Made by a program: the position numbers and the translations under genes. A model generated the notes under the pieces. That model was not told the origin of the DNA. It ran no database searches and saw only the letters and a list, made by a program, of their open reading frames with translations. A DNA stretch of 64,000 bases from an uncultured Chloroflexia bacterium (lineage in GTDB: Bacteria; Chloroflexota; Limnocylindria; Limnocylindrales; CSP1-4): positions 544,001-608,000 of the forward strand of contig CAWEZH010000002.1 in NCBI GenBank assembly GCA_963813535.1, read 5' to 3'. This document shows, piece by piece, positions 32,202-41,915 of the stretch (within the stretch, counting starts at the first letter, position 1; each line of letters starts with the position of its first letter).

Positions 32202-34640
32202 GTGGCCAAGGCCCGCCGATCCAGTCCTCGCCCGGCCAGCCGGTCCGGTGCCAGCCGCACGCCGCGGCGGCGCATATCACGAGACCTGGCGCGCGTCTTC
32301 ACGCCAGAAGTCGTGCGCTCGATCGTCGGCACCGCGATGATGGCCCTCGGTGCGATCACGCTCATCGCCCTGATCCTGCCGGGCCAGGGTGCCCTGACGG
32401 ACTGGTGGCGCGACTCGATCGCGCCGTGGTTCGAGACTGGTCGCTGGCTGCTGCCGTTCCTGCTACTGGGCGGCGGCTGGTACGTGGCCGGCGGTCCGGG
32501 GCGCCAACCCGGCTCCGGCTGGGGTATGACGCTGGCCGGCCTGGGCATCGCCTACATCGCCGGTCTCGGCGCACTCGAGGTCCTCAAGATCGAGCTGTTC
32601 GACACCGAACGAGGTGGCGGACGCATCGGCCGCTTCCTGGCGGGGACCCTGGAGCCGCTGCTCACACCTCCGGGCACGTTCGTGCTCCTTGCGGCGATCG
32701 CGGGTCTCGGGCTGATGCTCGCGTTCAACCTGCAGCTCCGCGAGTTGTTCGCGCCGGTCACCGGCGCGGCGCGCTGGGTCGGGACGACCACGGCGGAGTC
32801 GATGCGTCGTGTCGGAGAGTCGCGGCCGCAGAAGCCGGCAGCCCCGCCAGAGTACGGCCGCGCCAAGGCCGCTGCCGCCGCCAAGCCGCCGGTCGCGGTC
32901 CCGATGGTCTCGGCGGCCGAACTCGCGGCCGCCCGGAGCATCCTCGACGAACCGGCGCCGTTGACGAACCAGTCCCCGGTCAGCCAGACCGTGTGGACGG
33001 GGCCTCTCGACGGCGGATCGGGCGGTGCCCCAGCCCGGTTGTCACGCGGGACCGGCAACGGCAACGGGACCGGCGCGAGTCGGGTCGCGACCGCAGTGGC
33101 GACGGACGGACCGACCGCCCAGGAGTCGTTGAACGCGATCGACTGGAACCTGCCGAGCGTCGACCTGCTGGAGCCGCGAGCGGCAGGACGGGTCGGGGCG
33201 GGCGTCGATCACGAATCGAACAAGCGCCGGATCGAGGAGAAGCTGCTCAGCTTCTCGATCCCGGCCAAGGTCGTGGCGGTCAACTCGGGTCCGGTGGTGA
33301 CCCAGTACGAGGTCCGGCCGGAGCATCACGTCAAGGTGTCACGGATCGAGGCGCTGGCCGACGACCTGGCGATGGCCCTGGCCGCCCGCTCGATCCGCAT
33401 CGAGGCGCCCATCCCGGGCAAGGACGTCGTCGGCATCGAGATCCCGAACTCGGTCAGCGAGGTGGTCGGCTTCAAGCCGCTCGTCGACGAGAGCGCGATG
33501 CTCGGCTCGACCAGCCCGCTGACGTTCGCCCTCGGACGCGACGTGTCGGGCAAGGCCTATGCCGTCGACCTCGCCAAGATGCCCCACCTGCTCGTCGCCG
33601 GCGCGACCGGCTCGGGCAAGAGCGTGTGCGTGAACGCACTCATCACCAGCCTGCTGATGCGCGCACGACCGGACGAGGTGCGCCTCATCCTGGTCGATCT
33701 CAAGCGCGTCGAGCTGGCGCCATACAACGGGCTGCCGCACCTCCTCCAGCACGTGATCGTCGAGCCGAACGAGGCGAAGGCGGTGCTCAACTGGGCGGTC
33801 CGCGAGATGGAGGACCGCTACAAGCTACTGGCAGCCCACGGCGTACGCAACATCGCGGCATTCAACGCGCGTCAGGACGTGGACGCGGCCGGTGTCGACG
33901 GCGACGTCGGCGCGGAGCGGATGCCCTACATCGTGCTCATCATCGATGAGCTGGCCGACCTGATCATGCGCGAGGGCCGCAAGGTCGAGGACCCGGTCGT
34001 GAAGATCGCCCAGAAGGCCAGGGCCGTCGGCATCCACCTGGTCCTCGCCACGCAGCGGCCGTCGGTCAATGTCGTGACCGGTCTCATCAAGGCCAACGTC
34101 CCGTCACGCATCGCCTTCGCCATGGCCTCGAACGTCGACTCGCGCACGGTGCTCGATGCACAGGGCGCCGAGGACCTCATCGGTCGGGGCGACATGCTGT
34201 ACCAGCCGGTCGACCTGCCGCGGCCGGTGCGCATGCAGGGCGTGTTCGTGAGCGACCGCGAGGTCTCGGCGATCACCCAGCACTGGCTCGAGCAGACCGG
34301 CGACCGCACGTTCTACGACGAAGGCATCCTCGCGTTCGCTGATCCCGAGGATGGCGGAGGCACGGACGCGGGCCAGTTCGCCTGGCTGCGCAAGCTCGGC
34401 GTCGACGAGATGACGGTGCCCGCCGCGGAACTCGTGACCAGCTTGCAGCGCGCGAGCACGTCGATGCTCCAGACCAAGCTCAAGCTCGGCTTCGCCCGTG
34501 CGAGCCGGGTGATGGACGAGCTGGAGCGGTACGGCATCATCGGTCCACAGGATCCGCGCAACCCCGCCACGCCCCGCCAGATCTATGGATCGGACAACTG
34601 GTTTCGGACGCAGGACGACATCGATGATCCGGGGGACTGA
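32202..34640 (+). CDS. ftsK: DNA translocase FtsK/SpoIIIE
   Basis: N-terminal TM helices, GATGSGKS, IIDELADL, ATQRPSV, C-terminal gamma domain. Confidence 0.96.
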   Translation: MAKARRSSPRPASRSGASRTPRRRISRDLARVFTPEVVRSIVGTAMMALGAITLIALILPGQGALTDWWRDSIAPWFETGRWLLPFLLLGGGWYVAGGPGRQPGSGWGMTLAGLGIAYIAGLGALEVLKIELFDTERGGGRIGRFLAGTLEPLLTPPGTFVLLAAIAGLGLMLAFNLQLRELFAPVTGAARWVGTTTAESMRRVGESRPQKPAAPPEYGRAKAAAAAKPPVAVPMVSAAELAAARSILDEPAPLTNQSPVSQTVWTGPLDGGSGGAPARLSRGTGNGNGTGASRVATAVATDGPTAQESLNAIDWNLPSVDLLEPRAAGRVGAGVDHESNKRRIEEKLLSFSIPAKVVAVNSGPVVTQYEVRPEHHVKVSRIEALADDLAMALAARSIRIEAPIPGKDVVGIEIPNSVSEVVGFKPLVDESAMLGSTSPLTFALGRDVSGKAYAVDLAKMPHLLVAGATGSGKSVCVNALITSLLMRARPDEVRLILVDLKRVELAPYNGLPHLLQHVIVEPNEAKAVLNWAVREMEDRYKLLAAHGVRNIAAFNARQDVDAAGVDGDVGAERMPYIVLIIDELADLIMREGRKVEDPVVKIAQKARAVGIHLVLATQRPSVNVVTGLIKANVPSRIAFAMASNVDSRTVLDAQGAEDLIGRGDMLYQPVDLPRPVRMQGVFVSDREVSAITQHWLEQTGDRTFYDEGILAFADPEDGGGTDAGQFAWLRKLGVDEMTVPAAELVTSLQRASTSMLQTKLKLGFARASRVMDELERYGIIGPQDPRNPATPRQIYGSDNWFRTQDDIDDPGD

Positions 34641-34772
34641 GGCGAGCCCGGGGGAGCGCAGCGGCAGCCGAGCCGGGGACCTGGGGTATCCTGTGCGCGA
34701 ATCGGTCGCTTGGGCGGCGCGAGGCCCGATCGGCCGTGACGGACCCGAGCGCGAGCAGGACGGGACGGCCTA

Positions 34773-36125
34773 GTGACGACGAGGGATCAGGTCCGGCGCA
34801 CGGTCGGGGCGGAGCGCGACACGCGAGCGCCCGCCAGCGACGCGGCACCCGGTCTGCCCGAACGCCTTCTTGCTGCACGCGAGCGCAAGGGCGTCGACCT
34901 GTATCGAGCCGAGCGGGACACGAAGATCCGTGCGCGCTATCTCGCAGCGCTCGAACGGGGCGACTATCGCGAGTTGCCGGGCGCCGTCTACACGAAGGGC
35001 TTCCTGCGCAACTACGCTCTGTACCTGGGGCTCGATCCCGACGAGGTCCTGCTGCAGTGGCGTCGCGAGCGTGGCGCGCCGATGGAGCCGCAGCCCGTCA
35101 TCGCCGTCCCGCGGCCGATCGCCGCACCGCGGCGGGGATTGACGTTCTCGCCGGGCCTCATCGTCTTCGCGCTGCTGGTGGCGCTGGTCATCGGTTTCAT
35201 GGTCTGGCTCGGGTTCCAGCTGCTGCGCTTCTCGAAGCCGCCGACGATCTCGGTCACCAACCCCGCGGCCGCCGTGCTCGAGGTCGACGAGGACGCGACG
35301 TCGTACCTGCTCGAGGGCACGACGATCCCGGGCGGGTCGGTCACGATCAAGACGGCCGACGTCGAGGCACGCGCAAACGCCAATTCCGGCGGGCGCTGGA
35401 CGCTCAGCGTGGACCTTCGACGTGGCGAGAACCAGTTCCGTATCACGGCCACCGATCCGGCGACCGGCAAGGAGGCCGAAACGCCGGTCGAGCGCGTGAT
35501 CACCGTGCCGTTCCGCGTGATCGAGGCACCCACCCTCACGGTGGACCAACCGGCCGACGGCGCGACATACGAAAACGGCGCGATACCGATCCAGGGCCGT
35601 ACCACGAACGCCGGAACGGTCGTGGTGACTGCGGCATACACGGGTCCGGCGGCGACCGGCGGGAAGGGCCCGACCCCAGCGCCGCCGGGCAAGCCGGCGC
35701 CGGTGAGCGTGGCGGTGGGTGAGGATGGGACGTTCAGCGCCCCGCTCGAGCTGACCGCCGGCAAGTGGGCGATCACGGTCACGGCGTCCAGCCCGGAGGG
35801 CAAGACGACCTCGCTGACGCGCGCGGTCACGGTCGCATTCAAGGGCGTCAACCTCGTCGTGTCGATCCAGGGTGGTCGTGCCTGGTTGAAGGTCTGGGTC
35901 GATGGCAAGCTCGACCCGAAGACCGGTCCCGCCGGGAAGGTCCTCGGCAATGGGAAGACGCTGACGTTCACGGGCAAGGACTCGATCGAGGTCCGTACGG
36001 GCTCATCCGGCGTGACGAAGTTCACCCTCAATGGGACGCCGCTGGGGGCTTTGGGGAAGAGCGGTACCCCCGAGACCTGGTTGTTCGCGCCGCCCGATGA
36101 ACCGGTGATGACGCAGCGTCGCTAG
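34773..36125 (+). CDS. RodZ-like protein: HTH, TM helix, two Ig-like repeats, C-terminal DUF4115-like domain
   Basis: TKIRARYLAALE..YTKGFLRNYALYLGL; AWLKVWVDG; position after ftsK. Confidence 0.75.
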   Translation: MTTRDQVRRTVGAERDTRAPASDAAPGLPERLLAARERKGVDLYRAERDTKIRARYLAALERGDYRELPGAVYTKGFLRNYALYLGLDPDEVLLQWRRERGAPMEPQPVIAVPRPIAAPRRGLTFSPGLIVFALLVALVIGFMVWLGFQLLRFSKPPTISVTNPAAAVLEVDEDATSYLLEGTTIPGGSVTIKTADVEARANANSGGRWTLSVDLRRGENQFRITATDPATGKEAETPVERVITVPFRVIEAPTLTVDQPADGATYENGAIPIQGRTTNAGTVVVTAAYTGPAATGGKGPTPAPPGKPAPVSVAVGEDGTFSAPLELTAGKWAITVTASSPEGKTTSLTRAVTVAFKGVNLVVSIQGGRAWLKVWVDGKLDPKTGPAGKVLGNGKTLTFTGKDSIEVRTGSSGVTKFTLNGTPLGALGKSGTPETWLFAPPDEPVMTQRR

Positions 36126-36138
36126 CGGCATCGCCCGG

Positions 36139-36645
36139 ATGCCGCCACCCACCGACGAGGAGCTGCTCGATCTTGCCCGGCGGGTCGGGATCGTCTGTCG
36201 TGAGCGCGGACTCACCGTCGGCACGGCCGAATCGTGTACGGGCGGTCTGGTCGCCCACCTCATCACCGAGATCCCGGGTTCGAGCGAGTACTTCGTGGGC
36301 GGACTCGTGACGTACTCGAACCAGGTGAAGACCGCCCTGGTCAACGTCCACAGCGACGTGATCGACGCTCATGGAGCCGTCTCGGCGCAGGTCGCCAAGG
36401 CGATGGCCGAGGGCGCCCGCAACAGGCTCGCGGTGGATGTCGCCGTGGCGGTCACCGGTGTCGCCGGACCCGACGGCGGAGCGGACGCGAAGCCCGTCGG
36501 GCTGACGTACGTCGCGGTCGCGGATCCGGCAGGGGACGATGTGCGGCGGTTCCTCTGGGATAGCGACCGCGCTGGAAACAAGCGGCTGAGCGCGGCAGCG
36601 GCGCTCGGGCTCGTCCTGGATCGACTGGCCGAGCCCGGCACGTGA
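36139..36645 (+). CDS. CinA C-terminal / NMN deamidase (PncC)
   Basis: AESCTGG, GAVS, TGVAGPDGG, KPVG. Confidence 0.9.
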   Translation: MPPPTDEELLDLARRVGIVCRERGLTVGTAESCTGGLVAHLITEIPGSSEYFVGGLVTYSNQVKTALVNVHSDVIDAHGAVSAQVAKAMAEGARNRLAVDVAVAVTGVAGPDGGADAKPVGLTYVAVADPAGDDVRRFLWDSDRAGNKRLSAAAALGLVLDRLAEPGT

Positions 36646-38153
36646 CGCGCGACGCGACGACGATCGGCGCCGGCCTCGCCGCCGCACGGGACGCGCGGCC
36701 GATCCGTCCCGGAGAACGGATCCACGTGGTCGGCGGCGCGGGTGCCGGCGCGAACGCAGCGGCCCTGCTGGCTGCCGACGCTGGCGCGATCGTCACGGCA
36801 TGCGATGCCGGCGGACCTTCTCCGTACTCCGAGGCTCTGGCGCACGCAGGCATCCCCCTTGTCGTCGGACACGATCCGGCTCACGTCGATGCAGCACCAC
36901 CGCCAGACCGGTTGGCGGTGACCAAGGCACTGACAGCCATCGACCCTGACAACGCGGAGCTTCGGGCCGCACGAGAACGCGGGATCCCGCTCGAGCCGTG
37001 GCAACAGGTGATCGCCGACGCAGCGGTCGACCGGACCCTGGTGGCGATCGCCGGCACGCACGGCAAGAGCACGACCGCCGGCTGGCTGGTCCACCTGCTT
37101 GTCGCGGCCGGGCGTGATCCGTCGGCGTTCGTGGGCGCACTGCTTCCCGGCGAAACCACGGGTGGCGCACCGGCGACGGCGCGGACGGGGAGGGGAGACG
37201 CATTCGTCGTCGAGGCGGACGAGTACGCCGGCAACTTCGACCCGTATCGGCCCGGGATCGCGATGCTCACGAGCGTCGAGTGGGACCATCCGGATGTATT
37301 CCCGAACGCTGAGGCGGTCCAGGCTGCGATCGCCGCCTGGATCGTCCGCATGCCGGACGACGGCTGGCTCGTCGCCAACGTCGGCGATGCCGGCGTCGTT
37401 GCGCTCCTCGCTCGGGCCGACATCGGGGACCGCAATGTGATGACTGTGGCTCTCGCGATCGGCAGCGGGTCGGCGGCTGCCGATCTCCGCGGCCGGATCA
37501 TCGCGGAGGACCCGGACGGGACGACGCTCGAGATCGACGGCCTGGATGTCGCCGGCCCCGTCTCGATCCGTCTTCCAACAGCCGGACGGCACAACGCTGC
37601 GAACGCGCTCGGTGTGGCCGGTGTCGCAGTCCGCCTCGGCGTCCCGGCACAGGACATCGTCCGCGGCCTCCAGACGTTCCGCGGTGTCGGTCGGCGGCTG
37701 GAACGGAAGGGCGAGGCTGGCGATGTCGTCGTCTACGATGACTACGGCCACCATCCCACGGCCATCCGCGCCACGATCGAGGCGATCCGGCAGCGCGAGC
37801 CGGGTCGCCGTATCTGGGCGGTCTACGAGCCACTGACGTACCATCGAACCGCCGCGCTGATACCCGAGTTCGCGGCATCGCTCGCGACGGCCGATGCCGT
37901 CGTCATCGCCGACATCTGGGCCGGCCGGGATCCGGACACGTCGATCGCCTCGCCTGCCGGACTTGCCGACGCGGTGGTCGCGGTCCGATCCGACATCCCG
38001 GTCGCGGCACCGGGGCCGGTCGATGCCACAGCGGAGTGGCTGGCTGGTCAGGTCCGTCCCGGTGACGCGGTGCTCGTGATGGGCGGCGGGCAGAGCTACC
38101 GGATCGCGACCGGGTTGCTCGACCGGCTCGGCAGGGAGGCCACCACTCGATGA
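36642..38153 (+). CDS. murC: MurC/Mpl-family Mur ligase
   Basis: GTHGKSTT, VEADEY, DHPD, HNAANA, GVGRR, DDYGHHPT. Confidence 0.75.
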   Translation: MTRDATTIGAGLAAARDARPIRPGERIHVVGGAGAGANAAALLAADAGAIVTACDAGGPSPYSEALAHAGIPLVVGHDPAHVDAAPPPDRLAVTKALTAIDPDNAELRAARERGIPLEPWQQVIADAAVDRTLVAIAGTHGKSTTAGWLVHLLVAAGRDPSAFVGALLPGETTGGAPATARTGRGDAFVVEADEYAGNFDPYRPGIAMLTSVEWDHPDVFPNAEAVQAAIAAWIVRMPDDGWLVANVGDAGVVALLARADIGDRNVMTVALAIGSGSAAADLRGRIIAEDPDGTTLEIDGLDVAGPVSIRLPTAGRHNAANALGVAGVAVRLGVPAQDIVRGLQTFRGVGRRLERKGEAGDVVVYDDYGHHPTAIRATIEAIRQREPGRRIWAVYEPLTYHRTAALIPEFAASLATADAVVIADIWAGRDPDTSIASPAGLADAVVAVRSDIPVAAPGPVDATAEWLAGQVRPGDAVLVMGGGQSYRIATGLLDRLGREATTR

Positions 38154-38539
38154 CCATCGATCACGCCGCAGCCGCCGATCTCCTGGAGCGCTACGGCCAG
38201 TCGTGGCAGACGTTCGACGGCGATGCCTGGACCGAGCTCTTCACCGAGGACGTCGAGTACCACGAGGACCCGTTCGAACCGCCGATGGTGGGGCACAATG
38301 CGATCCGGGCCTATCTGCTGGAGGCCGCCGAGCAGCAGCAGGACGTCGAATTCACGGTCGAGCGCCACTGGGTGATCGACCCGACCGTCCTCGCGGCGTG
38401 GCATGCGAGTTACGTTCGTCGGTCGGATCGCGCGCGTGTGCGGCTGGCCGGCTTCATGACGATGGAGATCTCGGAGGACGGGCGGATCGGCCGCTTCCGC
38501 GAGTGGTGGCATCGACGCGAGTCGTCCGCCACTGGCTGA
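38150..38539 (+). CDS. SnoaL/NTF2-like protein
   Basis: LFTEDVEY..P..G..AIRAY; FREWW. Confidence 0.75.
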   Translation: MTIDHAAAADLLERYGQSWQTFDGDAWTELFTEDVEYHEDPFEPPMVGHNAIRAYLLEAAEQQQDVEFTVERHWVIDPTVLAAWHASYVRRSDRARVRLAGFMTMEISEDGRIGRFREWWHRRESSATG

Positions 38540-38554
38540 AACAGGAGGAGTTGC

Positions 38555-39046
38555 ATGGCGGGCGATGCGTCGTTCGATGTGGTGAGCGATTTCGACGAGC
38601 AGGAGCTCAGGAACGCGCTCGATCAAGTCCGGCGCGAGGTCGGACAGCGCTACGACTTCAAGGGCGTCACGGTCGACCTGACCCAATCGAAGGACGAGGT
38701 CGTCCTCGTCACTGACGATGAGTACCGCGCCACGGCCGTGAAGGACCTCATCGAATCGAAGGCGATCCGGCGAAACCTCTCGCTCAAGATCTTCGACTGG
38801 GGTCGCGTCGAACCGGCCGGCGGTAACAAGGTCCGCCAGGAGATCAAGCTGCGGCGCGGGCTCACCGACGAGATCGCCAAGCGGATCACCAAGCTCATCC
38901 GCGACGAGTTCCCGAAGGTCAAGTCGCAGATCCAGGGCGACGCCGTTCGCGTATCGGCGAAGAGCAAGGACGACCTCCAAAAGGTCATCGCCCGGCTGCG
39001 CGAGCTCGATGAGCCCGTTCCGCTGCAATTCCAGAACTACCGCTGA
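38555..39046 (+). CDS. yajQ: YajQ family nucleotide/c-di-GMP-binding protein
   Basis: SFDVVS, RYDFKG, QIQGDAVRV, KDDLQ, LQFQNYR. Confidence 0.95.
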   Translation: MAGDASFDVVSDFDEQELRNALDQVRREVGQRYDFKGVTVDLTQSKDEVVLVTDDEYRATAVKDLIESKAIRRNLSLKIFDWGRVEPAGGNKVRQEIKLRRGLTDEIAKRITKLIRDEFPKVKSQIQGDAVRVSAKSKDDLQKVIARLRELDEPVPLQFQNYR

Positions 39047-39057
39047 GGTCGATCGTG

Positions 39058-39162
39058 ATGCCTGGCGCCCGGTTCGCGAAGATCGTGATGGTCGCGGTGA
39101 TCGTCGTGATCGTACTCGGGCTCGTGCTGTCGACGGTCGCCTATCCGCTCGCGTTCGGATGA
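39058..39162 (+). CDS. Small single-TM peptide (34 aa, MPGARFAKIVMVAVIVVIVLGLVLSTVAYPLAFG)
   Basis: Hand-translated; GAGGT upstream; stop overlaps next start (ATGA); fills the gap between yajQ and the ThDP enzyme. Confidence 0.7.
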   Translation: MPGARFAKIVMVAVIVVIVLGLVLSTVAYPLAFG

Positions 39163-41024
39163 CCGACGAGCTCGTGCCGGTCCCCGGCAGCGATACACCG
39201 CTGTCGGAAGCCCCAGAGACGGCCCTCGAACCGCATCCGGCCGACCCCGGACCCGAGACCGACGCGGCAGACGCCCACAGCGAGCCGACGGAGGCCGCCG
39301 GTGAGGCGACGGAGGCGGCCAGCGAGCCGATCGAGGCGGCCAGCGAGCCGATCGACACTGGACCGAGGACCGTCGGTCGCTTGGTGGCGGACGCGCTCCG
39401 TACCGCCGGCGTGCGCTACGCGTTCACGGTTCCGGGCGAGTCATTCCTCGGACTGCTCGACGGGCTCCACGGTGCTGGGATCCGGGTGATCGCGACACGT
39501 CACGAAGGCGGAGCCGCCTTCATGGCCGAGGCACACGGCAATCTGACCGGGCGGCCCGCTGCGTGCATCGGTACGCGCGCGGTCGGCTCATCGAACCTGG
39601 CGATCGGCATCCACACGGCCCGCCAGGACTCCTCGCCGATGTTCGCGCTCGTGGGTCAGGTGGAACGGTCCCATCGGGGGCACGAGGCCTTCCAGGAGAT
39701 CGACCAGGTCGCCACGATCGGCGGCTTGGCCAAGTGGGCCGCGGAGCCCGCCGACGCCGCCGACGTACCCGGGGTACTGGCGGAGGCACTGCGACAGGTC
39801 GCCAGTGGACGACCGGGACCGGTGCTGCTGTCGTTCCCGGAAGACCTGCTCGACGAGCTCGTACCGTCCGATATGCGCATCGCGCCCGAGCGCCCGACCA
39901 TCGGTCGACCCACTGACGCCGACATCCGACAGGTCCTCGAATTACTGGCATCGGCCGTACGGCCCGTCATCCTCGCCGGTGGGGGCGTCCTTCGCGCCCG
40001 GACGTCGACCGACCTGCTGCGGTTCGCCGAACTGCTGCAGGTCCCGATCGTCGCCGGCTGGCGGCGTGCCGATGTCGTGTCGAATGACCACCCCCTCTAT
40101 CTCGGGATGGCGGGCATCGGTGCCGCGCCGAGCGTGCGCGAGCGATTGCTGGCGGCCGACGCGATGCTCGTGATCGGCTGCCGCCTGAGCGAACCGACGT
40201 CATGGGACGACACGATCCCGGCCTCCGGGACGCGCTGGGCGTCGGTCGACATCGAGCCTCACGCGTCTCACGGACCGCGACCCGCCGACCTGACGGTCGT
40301 CGCCGATGCGCGGACATTCCTCCGCGCCGCCAACGATCGGCTCGTGGGTCGTGCCGTGCTCGATGCGGAGAAGGTTCGCCACCGCCAGGCGAACAATGAG
40401 GTCGACCGGGCCGCGTGGGAGGCGGCGTCCATCGTCGACGCCGATGCCGACGCCTGGACCGGACCGGGCGTCCACCCGGGTCGCGTCGTGACGACGCTGC
40501 GCCAGGTCCTGCCCGACGATGCGATCCTCACGACGGATGCCGGGAACTTCGCCGGCTGGGCGGGTCGCGGGTTCCGGTTCCGCCGACCCGGGACCTTCCT
40601 CGGCCCGACGTCCGGCGCGATGGGCTACGCCGTCCCGGCGGCGATCGCGGCCGCGCTGGTCCATCGCGATCGGCCGGTCGTGGCGCTGGCCGGCGACGGC
40701 GGGATGGCCATGACGATGGCCGAGCTGGAGACCGCGACCCGGGAAGGCATCCGGATCATCGTCCTCGTGTTCGACAACGAGCGCTACGGGACGATCCGGA
40801 TGTGGCAGGCGCGTCGGGGCAGCGGCGAAGGTGTCGGCACCGAGCTTGGACCGGTCGATTTCGTGGCGATCGCTCGCGGGCTCGGGGCCCGCGGGATCCG
40901 CGTCGAGCGCGACGCCGACCTGGAGTCCGCCCTTCGCCAGGCTCTCGTCGAGGATCGCTCGACGGTGATCCAGCTCGTGGTCGACCGTGCCTGGGTCTCG
41001 GTCGACCAGCCAGCGACGGCCTGA
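39159..41024 (+). CDS. Thiamine-diphosphate enzyme (acetolactate synthase large subunit-like)
   Basis: VPGESFL, RHEGGAAFMA, SGAMGY, GDGG...DNERYGTIR. Confidence 0.88.
   Translation: MTDELVPVPGSDTPLSEAPETALEPHPADPGPETDAADAHSEPTEAAGEATEAASEPIEAASEPIDTGPRTVGRLVADALRTAGVRYAFTVPGESFLGLLDGLHGAGIRVIATRHEGGAAFMAEAHGNLTGRPAACIGTRAVGSSNLAIGIHTARQDSSPMFALVGQVERSHRGHEAFQEIDQVATIGGLAKWAAEPADAADVPGVLAEALRQVASGRPGPVLLSFPEDLLDELVPSDMRIAPERPTIGRPTDADIRQVLELLASAVRPVILAGGGVLRARTSTDLLRFAELLQVPIVAGWRRADVVSNDHPLYLGMAGIGAAPSVRERLLAADAMLVIGCRLSEPTSWDDTIPASGTRWASVDIEPHASHGPRPADLTVVADARTFLRAANDRLVGRAVLDAEKVRHRQANNEVDRAAWEAASIVDADADAWTGPGVHPGRVVTTLRQVLPDDAILTTDAGNFAGWAGRGFRFRRPGTFLGPTSGAMGYAVPAAIAAALVHRDRPVVALAGDGGMAMTMAELETATREGIRIIVLVFDNERYGTIRMWQARRGSGEGVGTELGPVDFVAIARGLGARGIRVERDADLESALRQALVEDRSTVIQLVVDRAWVSVDQPATA
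39312..39353 (+). repeat. Exact 21-bp tandem duplication (GAGGCGGCCAGCGAGCCGATC x2)
   Basis: Read directly; encodes EAASEPI twice. Confidence 0.9.
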
Positions 41025-41039
41025 TCGCCGGCTGTTCGG

Positions 41040-41915
41040 TCAGGACGGAACGGTCGGCAAGGCCGCCTCGGCCGCACGGATCGCGGCACCGATCCGCTCG
41101 AGCGCGGGGAGGTTCGCCGCGACGAACGCCGCCTCGTGTGGCGCGGCGACGACCGCCCGCTCTGCGTCGTAGGCCGCATCACACTGGGCCAGGACGCCCG
41201 CCACGCGGCGTTCGTCCGCCTGGAGCGCGGCGAGAGCAGCGATCGATCGAGTACCCGAGCCGAGGGACGCCGTGCGACTCCCGTACGTCTCGATGAGCTG
41301 CGCGGCGAGCGTGCGCCGGTCGGGCGGGAGGTCCGGCGCCACGGATCCGACGCAGGCCTGCCATGACGCCAGCAGGTGACGCGCGGATGGATCGGCGGCG
41401 ATGCGCCGATCGAGCTCGAGGAGCGCCGGGCGCATCGGCGCCAGCAGCCGCTCCCGCAGTCCGTACACCTCTGTCGTCGCAGCGGCCTGGCAGCCCACGG
41501 CACCGCCCTCTCCATGCAGTGCGCGGCGATAGGTATCACGGACGTCGGGCGGAGCGACGCCCTGCCGCCGGAGGTTGGGATCCACCGGCGTCACCGTTGC
41601 CGTCTGGCCGGCCGACGTCGACACCCCGAAGCCCCAGCGAGCGGCCCAGTGGATGGGCGGGAGGTCGGCATCCGGCACCGAGGGCGGCGGTTCGACCCAG
41701 GGCTCCCAGTCGACGCCATGGTCGGTCATGCATGCGGCGACGAGCGCCGCCACCGCCTCCGCGCGTCGACGATCCATATCGATACCCGGAACGTCGGCGG
41801 CCAGCGCGCCCGCGACGGTCCCCGGAACAGCGTCCGGCCGTCCTGACAGGACGCTCGTCGCCAGGCCAAGGCCACAGACGATGCCCAGGACCAGGGCGGT
41901 GTACGCCGCTCTCAC
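41040..41915 (-). CDS. Hypothetical exported protein with spaced Cys residues
   Basis: N-terminal hydrophobic segment; ACM, GCQ, WQACV, QCD; GTGA coupling to the upstream gene. Confidence 0.6.
   Translation of the reverse strand: MRAAYTALVLGIVCGLGLATSVLSGRPDAVPGTVAGALAADVPGIDMDRRRAEAVAALVAACMTDHGVDWEPWVEPPPSVPDADLPPIHWAARWGFGVSTSAGQTATVTPVDPNLRRQGVAPPDVRDTYRRALHGEGGAVGCQAAATTEVYGLRERLLAPMRPALLELDRRIAADPSARHLLASWQACVGSVAPDLPPDRRTLAAQLIETYGSRTASLGSGTRSIAALAALQADERRVAGVLAQCDAAYDAERAVVAAPHEAAFVAANLPALERIGAAIRAAEAALPTVPS

Noticed and set aside
34641-34772. Structured RNA in the ftsK-rodZ spacer
   Set aside because: Pairing is plausible but not distinguishable from high-GC background; no known motif recognised.
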